From assembly GCA_950097015.1 (NCBI GenBank), contig CATNEN010000041.1, positions 1,364,001 through 1,428,000 of the forward strand: 64,000 bases of DNA. The letters are read 5' to 3'. The notes beneath the pieces were generated by a model, which was not told where the DNA came from, ran no database searches, and saw only the letters and a list, made by a program, of their open reading frames with translations. Source of the stretch: Macrostomum hystrix. Its lineage: Eukaryota > Animalia > Platyhelminthes. Below, piece by piece: positions 36,449 through 49,265 of the stretch (positions within the stretch are counted from its first letter, which is position 1; every line of letters starts with the position of its first letter). Both the position numbers and the translations under genes were made by a program.

Positions 36449-36907
36449 ATGTGTCGCCAAGTCGCTCTGAGCTGGCGGCCCACCCGCTGTGGCGAGATCC
36501 CCGACCGCGCCATCATCCTGGGCTCCAGCGTGCACATTGGCCGGGCGAAGCATGAGAACGAGGTGATACCGGGCACCGGCATTCACGGCCAGCTGTATGT
36601 GCCGTACTGCGGCGAGGAGCACTGCCACGAGGACTACGAGGTGCTTTGCGACACCGCACTCCAGTGCTTCGGCCAGGGCTACGAGTGGTGCCCCATCGAT
36701 GCCAAGTGCGAGCAGGTCTGCATCCCGCCCACTGCCGTCATCGGCGGCCACACGGCCTGCAAGCAGCCGATTTACATAGCCAGAGCCTGCATCAACGGCG
36801 AATGGTGCGTGGGAAAGCTGAGCGAAGGCCAGTCCATCGCCTGCTTCCCCTACGGTGGCAAGGAGGTGCCCCTGGAGGAGTACGACCTCCTGATTTACTG
36901 CCCCTGA
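36449..36907 (+). CDS. DM9-repeat (DUF3421) protein, 152 aa, intronless, Cys-rich
   Basis: Two DM9-type repeats: W....GEIPDRAI...VHIGRAKHENEVIPG...LYVPYCGEE...YEVL and W....IPPTAVIGG...PIYIARA...GEWCVGK...FPYGGKEV...YDLL. Confidence 0.85.
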   Translation: MCRQVALSWRPTRCGEIPDRAIILGSSVHIGRAKHENEVIPGTGIHGQLYVPYCGEEHCHEDYEVLCDTALQCFGQGYEWCPIDAKCEQVCIPPTAVIGGHTACKQPIYIARACINGEWCVGKLSEGQSIACFPYGGKEVPLEEYDLLIYCP

Positions 36908-37902
36908 GGCCGCTGCACTGTCTACGCTTTTCACTTTCCCGCATTTCTCGAGGTTCCGTTCGTTACATAGAGTGATTTTGAATTCGCGTGGAAATCTTGG
37001 CAGCATTTATTATTTTGAAAGCAAATCTTTTCAAGCATCATCATAGTTGGAAAGGGTGAATGAGTTTTCATATTTAATTTCTTTTATAAAAAATTAACGG
37101 GATACACAACTAGAATTCAAAGAATACCTAAGTTCGCACGAATTCAAAGTTACTTTACTAGTTTTTAAACAACCAATCGCGACCTTTTGTCAATCCGAGG
37201 CGCTCGCAGTGCGTCACCTTGCAGGTGCTTTCAGTCCTTGCCAATTGCGCGGTTCTAAGGCTGAAGCCGACACACTCGTCGGTGCTTTTTTAGTTCTGAG
37301 CAGGAAAAAGCAGTTATTAATATACTCTGTCGCAACACACGCCTGTACATTGCTGTGCTGTTTTGTCGCTCAATTATCCGCAGATCGGATGATTGACTTT
37401 CATAGAATTCAAATAGAAGTACACGTGCCTGTACTATTTCGAGATAAAGGTTTGCGCCTAGTTGATTCTTAAATTAACCTGGCCACTGTAAACCAGTGAA
37501 AATACGGGACTGGAACTCAAGACTAGCATTAAATCGGTAGGGAATGCCGATAGTAGGTAGGCGTAGCTCACGACTTCAATAAACGCCGGCCAGTCCGCTG
37601 GAGTGACAAAGCTTCATCTCTAAGCTTGTTAGATTTCGGCTCATGAACGATTTCGCTCATATTACGCTGAAAATGTTTTGCTGGGACACTCGCTGATAAG
37701 ATCCCAGAGGACTTCTGCTAGTCTGCGAATTTGCATTTCTTGTCAGAGGGTCGCGCGGCAGCATTTGAGATCATCAGACACGGCGACTCCCCCGGGAGGA
37801 GGCATTGCTGAGGTCCGGAGCTCTTGGCAGCCTCTTGGCCTTGTGACAGAGGGCTGAATCGTTCTGCCCCGCTTCAGTTTCTGTCAAGAGTTTAAACCTG
37901 AG

Positions 37903-40730
37903 GATGGGACAGCAGCCTCCGATGGGAGATGGGACAGCAGCCTCCGATGGGAGATGGGACAGCAGCCTCCGATGGGAGATGGGACAGCAGCCTCAGATGG
38001 GAGATGGGACAGCAGCCTCCGATTGGAGATGGGACAGCAGCCTCCGATTGGAGATGGGACAGCAGCCTCAGATGGGAGATGGGACAGCAGCCTCAGATGG
38101 GAGATGGGACAGCAGCCTCCGATGGGAGATGGGACAGCAGCCTCAGATGGGAGATGGGACAGCAGCCTCCGATTGGAGATGGGACAGCAGCCTCCGATGG
38201 GAGATGGGACAGCAGCCTCAGATGGGAGATGGGACAGCAGCCTCAGATGGGAGATGGGACAGCAGCCTCAGATGGGAGATGGGACAGCAGCCTCCGATGG
38301 GAGATGGGACAGCAGCCTCAGATGGGAGATGGGACAGCAGCCTCAGATGGGAGATGGGACAGCAGCCTCAGATGGGAGATGGGACAGCAGCCTCCGATTG
38401 GAGATGGGACAGCAGCCTCAGATGGGAGATGGGACAGCAGCCTCAGATGGGAGATGGGACAGCAGCCTCAGATGGGAGATGGGACAGCAGCCTCAGATGG
38501 GAGATGGGACAGCAGCCTCCGATTGGAGATGGGACAGCAGCCTCAGATGGGAGATGGGACAGCAGCCTCAGATGGGAGATGGGACAGCAGCCTCAGATGG
38601 GAGATGGGACAGCAGCCTCAGATGGGAGATGGGACAGCAGCCTCAGATGGGAGATGGGACAGCAGCCTCAGATGGGAGATGGGACAGCAGCCTCCGATGG
38701 GAGATGGGACAGCAGCCTCAGATGGGAGATGGGACAGCAGCCTCAGATGGGAGATGGGACAGCAGCCTCAGATGGGAGATGGAACAGCAGCCTCAGATGG
38801 GGATGGGACAGCAGCCTCAGATGGGAGATGGGACAGCAGCCTCAGATGGGAGATGGGACAGCAGCCTCCGATGGGAGATGGGACAGCAGCCTCCGATGGG
38901 AGATGGGACAGCAGCCTCAGATAGGATATGGGACAGCAGCCTCAGATGGGAGATGGGACAGCAGCCTCAGATGGGAGATGGGACAGCAGCCTCAGATGGG
39001 AGATGGGACAGCAGCCTCAGATGGGAGATGGGACAGCAGCCTCAGATGGGAGATGGGACAGCAGCCTCAGATGGGAGATGGGACAGCAGCCTCAGATGGG
39101 AATGGGACAGCAGCCTCAGATGGGAGATGGGACAGCAGCCTCAGATGGGAGATGGGACAGCAGCCTCAGATGGGAGATGGGACAGCAGCCTCAGATGGGA
39201 GATGGGACAGCAGCCTCCGATGGGAGATGGGACAGCAGCCTCAGATGGGGATGGGACAGCAGCCTCAGATGGCAGATGGGACAGCAGCCTCAGATGGGAG
39301 ATGGAACAGCAGCCTAAATTGGCAGATGGGACAGCAGCCTCAGATTGGAGATGGGACAGCAGCCTCAGATGGGAGATGGGACAGCAGCCTCAGATGGGAG
39401 ATGGGACAGCAGCCTCCGATGGGAGATGGGACAGCAGCCTCAGATGGGGATGGGACAGCAGCCTCAATTGGCAGATGGAACAGCAGCCTCAGATGGGAGA
39501 TGGGACAGCAGCCTCAAATGGGAGATGGGACAGCAGCCTCAGATGGGAGATGGGACAGCAGCCTCCGATGGGAGATGGGACAGCAGCCTCAGATAGGATA
39601 TGGGACAGCAGCCTCAGATGGGAGATGGGACAGCAGCCTCAGATGGGAGATGGGACAGCAGCCTCAGATGGGAGATGGGACAGCAGCCTCAGATGGGAGA
39701 TGGGACAGCAGCCTCCGATGGGAGATGGGACAGCAGCCTCCGATGGGAGATGGGACAGCAGCCTCAGATTGGAGATGGGACAGCAGCCTCAGATGGGAGA
39801 TGGGACAGCAGCCTCAGATGGGAGATGGGACAGCAGCCTCCGATGGGAGATGGGACAGCAGCCTCAGATGGGGATGGGACAGCAGCCTCAATTGGCAGAT
39901 GGAACAGCAGCCTCAGATGGGAGATGGGACAGCAGCCTCAGATGGGAGATGGGACAGCAGCCTCAAATGGGAGATGGGACAGCAGCCTCAGATGGGAGAT
40001 GGGACAGCAGCCTCCGATGGGAGATGGGACAGCAGCCTCAGATTGGAGATGGGACAGCAGCCTCAGATGGGAGATGGGACAGCAGCCTCAGATGGGAGAT
40101 GGGACAGCAGCCTCCGATGGGAGATGGGACAGCAGCCTCAGATGGGAGATGGGACAGCAGCCTCCGATGGGAGATGGGACAGCAGCCTCAGATGGGGATG
40201 GGACAGCAGCCTCAATTGGCAGATGGAACAGCAGCCTCAGATGGGAGATGGGACAGCAGCCTCAAATGGGAGATGGGACAGCAGCCTCAGATGGGAGATG
40301 GGACAGCAGCCTCCGATGGGAGATGGGACAGCAGCCTCCGATGGGAGATGGGACAGCAGCCTCAGATTGGAGATGGGACAGCAGCCTCAGATGGGAGATG
40401 GGACAGCAGCCTCCGATGGGAGATGGGACAGCAGCCTCCGATGGGAGATGGGACAGCAGCCTCAGATGGGAGATGGGACAGCAGCCTCCGATGGGAGATG
40501 GGACAGCAGCCTCAGATGGGAGATGGGACAGCAGCCTCAGATGGGAGATGGGACAGCAGCCTCCGATGGGAGATGGGACAGCAGCCTCAGATTGGAGATG
40601 GGACAGCAGCCTCAGATGGGAGATGGGACAGCAGCCTCAGATGGGAGATGGGACAGCAGCCTCAGATGGGAGATGGGACAGCAGCCTCAAATGGGAGATG
40701 GGACAGCAGCCTCAGATGGGAGATGGGAGA
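37903..40730. repeat. 25-bp minisatellite (gatgggagatgggacagcagcctca), ~110 copies
   Basis: 2.8-kb array. All long GQQPQMGDGTAASDGRWDSSLRWEM ORFs are frame-rotation artefacts of the 25-bp period. Confidence 0.97.
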
Positions 40731-41331
40731 GCAAAATCAGTTGGGAGAATTCCGAGCTTCATGGCTACACGGAGCATCCCAATTTGTAGCGCATCTTGAT
40801 GGACTGCAGGAATTCCCGTTGCAGGTGTAGCTGTGCATAATGTTTAGCAGGCTCAGCATGTTCCTCAGGAAGTGTTTTGGTATACAGGATTCTTCAGGAA
40901 TATTCCCGGCTCCAACTACTTGAGCTGGGTCACTGCGCGGAAGACACGGAAACTAAACAAAAATGCGAGGTACAAGACCAGGTCAGAAGATGGACAAACT
41001 CGTCGATCGGCTGTTTAGCAGTTCATTTTTTGGAAAACGCTGAGCCAGCTCAGCGATTAGGACATGAGGCATGAAAATTTTATGCTGTCCATATTTGTCA
41101 AATTTTATGCCAATAATTCAACAAGCGGATGGGGAAGCATCCTGCTCAGGGATTTGCATTTCCCGGTCTGCTTTGGAATCCCATGGGACCGGCTGGGGAT
41201 CGAGGAGACTGAAGAAATCGAGGGAGGGTATTTTGTTGGAGAGTCATTTTGCTAAATTTATTCCCCGTTTTCCGCTGCTCTCCAGCTCCGTGACAAGTCG
41301 CAGACGCCGATGCAAGGCGCAGTGATGATCG

Positions 41332-44300
41332 ATGATGATTGGCCGGTCTCTCCCTGACCCGGCCGGGAGATTCTCCCAGATATTAGGCAGCCGGAGATCC
41401 CAGGCAGGGCTGGCCGAGCTTTCTGATTTGGCGAGCATCAGCATGCCCACCGCCGAATCCTCGCCGACTGCCTCAGAAGCTTCCACTGCCTCAACGGCAT
41501 CAGCGGGAGCGTCGGTGGCGGCGCGCCATGGCAGTAGCAGCGCCTGCATACTGCTGCGGCCGCAGCGTCTCGAAGAGGCCGACGAAGACGCGACTGCCGA
41601 AGTTGTCGTGGAAGAGGCGGACGAGAAAATGGAGGCTGACGCGGAGGCGGAGGCGGATGCGAATCCGGACGCGGATGCTGAAGCCTGCGTGCTGCCCGAC
41701 CACTTGAGAGTGAACTATGTTTGCCAGGTAGGGGTGTGCCTCTTATCCGAGAGCGTGCCCGCCATGGACTCTGCATGAATACCTCGAACTGCTCAAAGCC
41801 TAAGACTCTTATATACAGTTCTGAGTGGTGCGCATTCTTAAGAAACGGTCTTGGAGATTACTTGCCTGACAGTACAGCTAACAGAATGCAGCGTGTGTAG
41901 TGCATTTTATCTTGTCATTCTCCGCAACGCAGGTTACCAAGGACGCCAGGGACGCCATGGCGCGCTACGACTGCACCGGGCGCGAGGTAGTCATGTTCTG
42001 CGCCATCCTATTCCTTGGCGGCATTACTGTCGGCCTCACAATCGGTCTGGTGCAGTCGGGCTCCAAGCTGGAGTCCGGGCATCAGCTGTTGCACGCGTGC
42101 AAGGACCTGAAGGCCGAATACAGGAAAATTCTCGACGTATACGCCAAGAATGTCTCCACGGAGACCACCCGACGCCTGGAGGAGCAGCTGGCCACGGACA
42201 AGGACTATGTGCTTCTGCGGCTGGCCGACGGCGGAGCTAGCCAAGAGAAATCTTCCCACTCAGCGACCTCAGCGGCGTTGTCAAGCGTCGATGTCGACCC
42301 GTGCGTGGATTTGCATCGTCACGCATGCGCCCGCTGGCCGGCCGCCAACCCGGCGCCAGATTTTCGTCGACGTCATCGTCTCGACGGTGTCGGAGTTGTT
42401 GATTGGAACGTCTACGATGCGGTTGAATACCGGTGGAAGCTGGCTGCGCACGGCCGCTTGCTGGAGGCCGGCGACGCCGTCTATGGGAGCTGCATGCGAT
42501 GGCGGGCGGGCGACCAGGCATCCACGGAGGCGCGGCCCTGGGAGCTGCTCCAGTCGATGACTGGCGCGGCCGACCTTAGCCTGGAGGCTCTGTTCCGGCT
42601 GGTGCACCTGCGTCTGCGGCTAGACTCCTTCCTGACTGTGTACTCCGCACCAGCTCTGGCCAACTCGTCGGAGCGTGGACTTTACGTGAGTTGCCTGGCA
42701 TGCAAGCTGTTTTAACGTAATCACAAGCTCTCAGCCTTCACGTCACTCTCCATTTGTAACCAGTTTGACATCCGGGTCCGACAGCAGCCGTTGTCACGCA
42801 AGACTGTGCTATTCATTTGTCTGGCCTTCCGGGTCTGTAAACTGGCCGATTGCAGCGAGGAGCTCCAGACCATCGACAGGGTGGAGAGGGCCTACTCGGA
42901 GGTGAGATTTGGGAACTCGAAAATGTTTAACTTGTCTGCCCGCTTCCCATGGTTATGACTTAATCTAGAACTCCTGAGCCCCTCATAATAAGCCTCTAAT
43001 CGTGATCCTCTCATTCTGAGCCCCTCATCTTGAGCCCCTCATCCTGATCCCCTAATCCTGATCCCTAATCCTGATCCCTAATCCTGATCCCTAATCCTGA
43101 TCCCTAATCCTGATCCCTAATCCTGATCCCTCATCCTGATCCCTCATCCTGATCCCTAATCCTGATCCCTCATCCTGATCCTCTCATCCTGATCCCTACG
43201 TCTTGATCCCTCATCCTGATCCTCTCATCCTGATCCTGATCCTCTCATCCTGATCCTGATCCCTAATCCTGATCCTTCATCCTGTCTTCAGTACCTGACA
43301 GGCAATGGGTCGCTGCAGTTCTCGGATCCCCTGGATGCAAGGGCACAGCCAATCACAGAGGCTCAGCTGAGAGGCCACCTGCCGCAGGTAAGAAGACAAG
43401 CCATCAATCGTCTGTTTATTAGCTGGTCTAATCTAAAATAACTTCCTTCGTTTTAGTTTCAATGGCACAAGATACTGTCCAATGGGGACCCGAGACCTCA
43501 CCTGTACGCTGATCTGAGTTTCATGAAAATCATCGGAGACCTGCTCAGACCGCTTGGGCGCGAGTAAGTCTAGCAAATTCAGAAATCGGAAATGGATTCA
43601 ATGTAGGAAAAGGGTAAATGGGAAACGGGGTACAGCTAAAAGCGATCTAATTGCGAACCAACATCACCGTCCCATCCGCCTTCGCGGTCAGCGAGCTGCG
43701 CACTTTTCTCCTGTGGTCTATGGCCCGGAGCCTCTATCCATTCGTTTCCAAGGCAGCGTTTGACGAGACCTCGGCTGGCCAATCGGAACAGCCGGCCTGG
43801 CTCTGGTGCCTCGACCGCCTGCCTGCCGCCGCCCTGGCTGCCCAGTTGGCGCTCAGCGACCATGGCAGGCAGCTTAACGAGCGACGACACGAGGTGAGCG
43901 AATCGGCCCGAACCCGTACCCTAACCGAGTTACTGTCAGTCTTGAGTAGTATTGATTGATGAAAACACCTTTCACTATGCCAAATAACGTCAGGTGCGAC
44001 TGCTAGGACGCAAAGTGCGGGATCAGTGGGTCAAGCTGCTGATTCAGACTGGAATAATGATGGACTCGAGGATTCTGGACAAGGTGAGAATGTAGTGAAA
44101 ACAAGGCTTGTCCTGGTTTAAGCATATCGTTTAATAGCTTATATGATGTGATGCACACGAGGCATTAATAATGAAGAATTAATGAAAAGCTTTTTTATGT
44201 ACATTTTTAATTTACTATAACTTGAGTTTTTAAATGCCTGTTTTAAACTATTTATTCGCCCACAAGGGAAAAATGACAGTTTAATTTTATACCCTAGTGT

Positions 44301-47300
44301 ACACGAGTGATGCTGTACATTCATTCATAGCCGCAATGTACATTCATAGCAGATATGTACATTCATAGCAGATATGTACATTCATAGCAGGAATGTACAT
44401 TCATAGCAGAAACGGCCAGTCCTGACTGGCGCCCTCCTCATCCAGTAGCACAGCTAACACCCAATCCCGCCAATTGGGACAGATCCAGCAGATCAATATC
44501 GACGCCGAGGTGGGCTACGAGCCGCCTGTAGCTGAAATGAAATTAACCAAGGCCTTTTCTCTTGGGAGCCCTGCGACACTGGGCAGCTTCTTGGAAACTG
44601 TCCTTCGGCTGCTGCTGGCCGCTGGCAATTCGTGAGACTATTTTCTCTTCTGCTACATTAATAGCACGAATCTAAACTCACGACACTCAAAACTCTAACT
44701 CAAAAAGATCAAACTAATGATTCGCAGCCCTGACGCGTCCAGTCAGCTGACTGTGAACGCCTTCTACAACCGGCAGCGCAACTCCGTCCAGATGTCCATG
44801 GCCAACTTTCAGCCTCCGTTCTTCAGTCCGGACGGGCCGGACTTCGCTAACTTCGCCGGCCTCGGCTCGGTGTTCGGACACGAATTCTTTCACAGCATCG
44901 ACTCGGTGGGTCAGAGATTCGGCGCGGCCGGGTCCCGGCTGGGTCTGCTGGGCCAGACCCCGCTGCGGGTGAGAGAGCCGTTAATCAGCCTGTGCCAGCG
45001 GCATCTGATTGGCTGCGACCCGGCACAGCTCACCGAGGTCAGTCTGGCAGGCTGGATCATGGCTAATCAAAATGCCGCTAAATATTTCTTACTTTCTACT
45101 GTCAGTAGGGCAGCTGGGTGCAAGTGAAATTTGAAGAGCGAAAATTGCATGGGAATTTGTCGTAACATTGGGTAAGGAACACAATGGGTGAAAGAATTTC
45201 CGGCATTGAATCCAAAAACACATCTTTGTACAGAGCTCATGCTAAAACACCTTAGCAACAGAACTTCACAGGAGAGGGTGAATAATTTTTGCAATGCAGG
45301 TGCGAATCCGAGTTTTCTCTTCTTTTTCCTCTCACCTTCTCATATTCTAAATGCTTAAGTTCTCAGATTTTAGTCTTCTCACATTTTTGAATTTGCGTCA
45401 CAATGAACCAACCATTTGAGTTCAATTGGATTATTTATAATTATGCGAGTCCTATTTGAGCTCACCTGCCGCAATCACTAACTGCGCAATTGTTTCCAAC
45501 AGCTATCTGATGAGAGCTTGGCCGACCAGTTCGGACTCGTCACGGCGCTGGCAGTGAGTTCGCTGACCTTTGATTGCCTGCATGGCCACCGACATTTGTG
45601 AATGACCACCGACATGTGTCTATGACCACCGACATGTGTCTATGACCACCGACATGTGTCTATGACCACCGACATGTGTCTATGACCACCGACATGTGTC
45701 TATGTCCACCGACATGTGTCTATGACCACCGACGTGTGTCCAAGACCACCGACATGTGTCTATGACCACCGACGTGTGTCTTTGACCACCGACGGTATAC
45801 TCTCTCAGGTCTACTCTCTCAGGTCTACTCTCTCAGGTCTACTCTCTCAGGTCTACTCTCTCAAGTCTACTCTCTCAGGTCTAATCTCTTAGGTCTACTC
45901 TCTCAGGTCTACTCTCTCAGGTCTACTCTCTCAGGTCTACTCTCTCAGGTCTACTCTCTCAAGTCTACTCTCTCAAGTCTACTCTCTCAGGTCTACTCTC
46001 TCAGGTCTACTCTCTCAGGTCTACTCTCTTAGGTCTACTCTCTCAGGTCGACTGTCTCATAGATAAATCGCTTATATTTCTCAGGTGTCTCTTTTTGTCT
46101 ACACTCCCGTGTTTCAAATCTACCTCTTTGTCTACTCCCTCGGATTCACTGTCTTGAGTCTATCATCTCAGATTAATCTCCTTTGACTCCACCGTGCCAG
46201 GCATGTTTACTTTCTAATTAATCAGCCAGGCTTCCATTGCCAGTGTCACATCTCTCCTAGCCTTCAAGCTGGTCATATTTTCTCAATCGCCCTGCCTTTA
46301 TTTATCTTGTGTCATCTGATAGCGATTACCTGCTTACTTTGTCGAAACTCATTTGCATTTTCGGCCGCAAGTGTTTGTCATTCCCCGACTCCCATTCCCA
46401 AAAACAAGCCGAGAATCCCCATGCACCCTTCCAGGCATTCAGGGAGACTGTGCAGCACCTGCCAGCTGTGGGGATTCGTCAGCAGATTCGTCAATTCTTC
46501 CTGGCCTACGCAACAGTGAGTGCCCCGCTCACAGCCCACTGAGCATTGCTGCGCGGTGACCTTTTTTGTGAAAGCAATTAATGGCAACAAATTTTCCGTT
46601 GCAGAGCAACTGCGCCTACGATGCAGACCCAACCGCTTCTGAGAACAGCGCCTACCCTGCTTGGAAAGACAGGTGAGATGAGATGAGTCCTGCTCCTTAT
46701 GTCTATAATCTCCAATTTATTGTCTACTCTACTCCCATGTATCTACTCTCCCCTGTCTACTCTCCCGCGTGTCTACTCTCCACTGACTACTCTCCCACGT
46801 GTCTACTCTACTGTCTACTCATGGCTACATAATAAGTAGCCCATGTCTACACTCCCCTGTCTGCTCTCTTGCGTGTCTACTCCCCCCTGTCTACTCTCTC
46901 GAGTGTCTACTCTCCCCCGTCTACTCTCTCGAGTGTCTACTCTCCCGCGTGTCTACTCTCCCGCGTGTCTACTCTCCCGCGTGTCTACTCTCCCGCGTGT
47001 CTACTCTCCCGCGTGTCTACTCTCCCGCGTGTCTACTCTCCCGCGTGTCTACTCTCCCGCGTGTCTACTCTCCCGCGTGTCTACTCTCCCGCGTGTCTAC
47101 TCTCCCGCGTGTCTACTCTCCCGCGTGTCTACTCTCCCGCGTGTCTACTCTCCCGCGTGTCTACTCTCCCGCGTGTCTACTCTCCCGCGTGTCTACTCTC
47201 CCGCGTGTCTACTCTCCCGCGTGTCTACTCTCCCGCGTGTCTACTCTCCCGCGTGTCTACTCTCCCGCGTGTCTACTCTCCCGCGTGTCTACTCTCCCGC

Positions 47301-47962
47301 GTGTCTACTCTCCCGCGTGTCTACTCTCCCGCGTGTCTACTCTCCCGCGTGTCTACTCTCCCGCGTGTCTACTCTCCCGCGTGTCTACTCTCCCGCGTGT
47401 CTACTCTCCCGCGTGTCTACTCTCCCGCGTGTCTACTCTCCCGCGTGTCTACTCTCCCGCGTGTCTACTCTCCCGCGTGTCTACTCTCCCGCGTGTCTAC
47501 TCTCCCCTGTCTACTCTCCCACATCTCTATTCTACTATGTCTACTCATGGCTACATAGTAAGTAGCCCATTATGTGTCTATTCTCCCCTGTCTATTCGAC
47601 TCTACTTTCCCATGTCTACTCTTCTCTTCCATGTCTACTTTACCCTCTCATGTCTACTTACCCTCCCGTGTCTACCCTACTCTCCCATGTCCACTCTACC
47701 CTCAAGTATATACTCTACTCTCGCGTGTCTACTCCACCCTCCGGAGTCTACTCTACCGACCCCAGTCTAATCTACTCTCTCGTGTCTGTCTGCTATCTAA
47801 TGTCTTCTCTGCTCGAATCTACTCTCCATCGTCTACTATTTTCTTCGGTATATAATCTACTGCAGTCAATCGAGTGTCTCGCTAAATTTCAGGGTCAACA
47901 AGCCGTCAATGCAGTTGAGGGATTTCCACCAGGCCTTCAACTGCAGCTCGGCTGATATCTGA
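41332..47962 (+). CDS. M13 family (neprilysin/ECE-like) zinc metallopeptidase, type II membrane, divergent
   Basis: Exons 41332-41727, 41933-42685, 42764-42901, 43292-43387, 43457-43563, 43692-43893, 43994-44083, 44483-44631, 44728-45037 (or -44968), 45503-45553, 46435-46515, 46605-46672 and 47893-47962, with consistent phases. TM segment VVMFCAILFLGGITVGLTIGLV. Motifs: DPCVD.HRHAC..W, VNAFY, QPPFF, GSVFGHEFFH, ESLADQFGL, QFFLAYA and RVN...DFHQAFNC. Confidence 0.85.
43010..43285. repeat. 13-bp intronic repeat (cctgatccctaat/cctgatccctcat)
   Basis: About 20 imperfect copies in an M13 intron. Confidence 0.9.
44325..44410. repeat. ~19-bp intronic repeat (atgtacattcatagcag core), 4 copies
   Basis: Visible tandem copies. 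Confidence 0.8.
45585..46050. repeat. Adjacent intronic arrays: 20-bp gaccaccgacatgtgtctat (~10x), then 14-bp ctactctctcaggt (~18x)
   Basis: Both lie in the intron after the ESLAD exon. Confidence 0.92.
46740..47830. repeat. 16-bp intronic minisatellite (gtgtctactctcccgc), ~35 perfect copies with degenerate flanks
   Basis: Lies in the last M13 intron. Source of the spurious RVYSPACLLSRVSTLP ORFs. Confidence 0.95.
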
Positions 47963-48544
47963 GCAGGTGCAAAAAATGTGTCCTGAAGAATGCTGCGAAG
48001 TCCATCTGAGAAGTCAAAAAGATGATTAAATCATCCCTGCGTATTAATGTTGAAGTGGATTGACCAATACGACAGCTTTTATTGTGAGCTGCGTGGGAAA
48101 TGGAGTGCAGAAACTAATGAGAACCATTCGAATAAATTGACTCGAACTGATTTGAAAACTTTCGCAACAGCGACGATGTCAGGATTGTTATCGGGCTTAT
48201 TTGCCACCCCCGGACTGCCAAGGGGATCGTAAATAATAGAATGACGCAACACTGAACCTACGAGCGTATGTTGCGCAATCGGGCCAGCTGAATCCCAACT
48301 TGTCCATGCCTTCCCCTTGTGATGGGATAAAAATACCCGCGCTAATTGTTGGGGCCAGTTTGACTGTGCTTAACAAAATTATTTGCGACAAAATAAGGGA
48401 GGTGACAAAGGACAGGCTCAGTGCCACCTCAACCCAGGGAGGAACTGATAGCTCGTATAGAATGTGTCTCGCTTAGCAACAACTAGTAATAGAACACTTC
48501 TCAGATCATTGCAACTATAAGCATGCAGGTGGACGAAGTTCCCT

Positions 48545-49265
48545 GCTCTCCCCTCACTCTCTCCCCTCACTCTCTCCCCTTATACTCTCCCCTCACACTC
48601 ATCCCTCACTCACATCCCTCACTCTCTCCCCTCACTCTCTCCCCTCACACTCATCCCTCACACTCATCCCTCACACTCATCCCTCACACTCTCCCCTCAC
48701 ACTCATCCCTCACTCACATCCCTCACTCTCTCCCCTCAATCTCTCCCCTCACACTCATCCCTCACACTCATCCCTCACACTCATCCCTCACACTCTCCCC
48801 TCACACTCATCCCTCACTGTCTCCCCTCACACTCATCCCTCACTCTCCCCTCACACTCATCCCTCACTCACATCCCTCACTCTCTCCCCTCACTCTCTCC
48901 CCTCACACTCATCCCTCACACTCATCCCTCACACTCATCCCTCACACTCTCCCCTCACACTCATCCCTCACTCTCTCCCCTCACACTCATCCCTCACACT
49001 CTCCCCTCACACTCTCCCCTCACTCTCCCCTCACACTCATCCCTCACACTCTCCCCTCACTCTCTCCCCTTTCTCTCTCCCCTCACACTCATCCCATACA
49101 CTCTCCCCTCACTCTCTCCCCTCACTCTCTCCCCTCACACTCATCCCTCACACTCTCCCCTCACTCTCTCCCCTCACTCTCTCCCCTCACTCTCTCCCCT
49201 CACTCTCTCCCCTCACTCTCATCCCCCACTCGCCCCCTCTCCACACTTCGCTCTTCCATCTCTCC
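48545..49265. repeat. C-rich low-complexity ~13-bp repeat (tcacactcatccc / tcactctctcccc)
   Basis: Nearly G-free strand. ORF 48523-49407 is an artefact of it. Confidence 0.92.

Noticed and set aside
36344-37006. 220-aa minus-strand ORF
   Set aside because: It is largely antisense to the DM9 gene, whose plus-strand translation has clear family motifs.
37904-40830. ~960-aa ORFs in all three frames
   Set aside because: A 25-bp period with no stop codons yields the same peptide in every frame. No unique coding context.
40963-41043. Short plus-strand ORF MRGTRPGQKMDKLVDRLFSSSFFGKR* ending in an amidation-like GKR
   Set aside because: There is an in-frame stop just upstream, no signal peptide and no convincing splice acceptor. 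Probably chance.
43050-43150. CCCTAA hexamer within a 13-bp repeat
   Set aside because: The period is 13, not 6, and the copies decay to CCCTCA. It is not an interstitial telomere.
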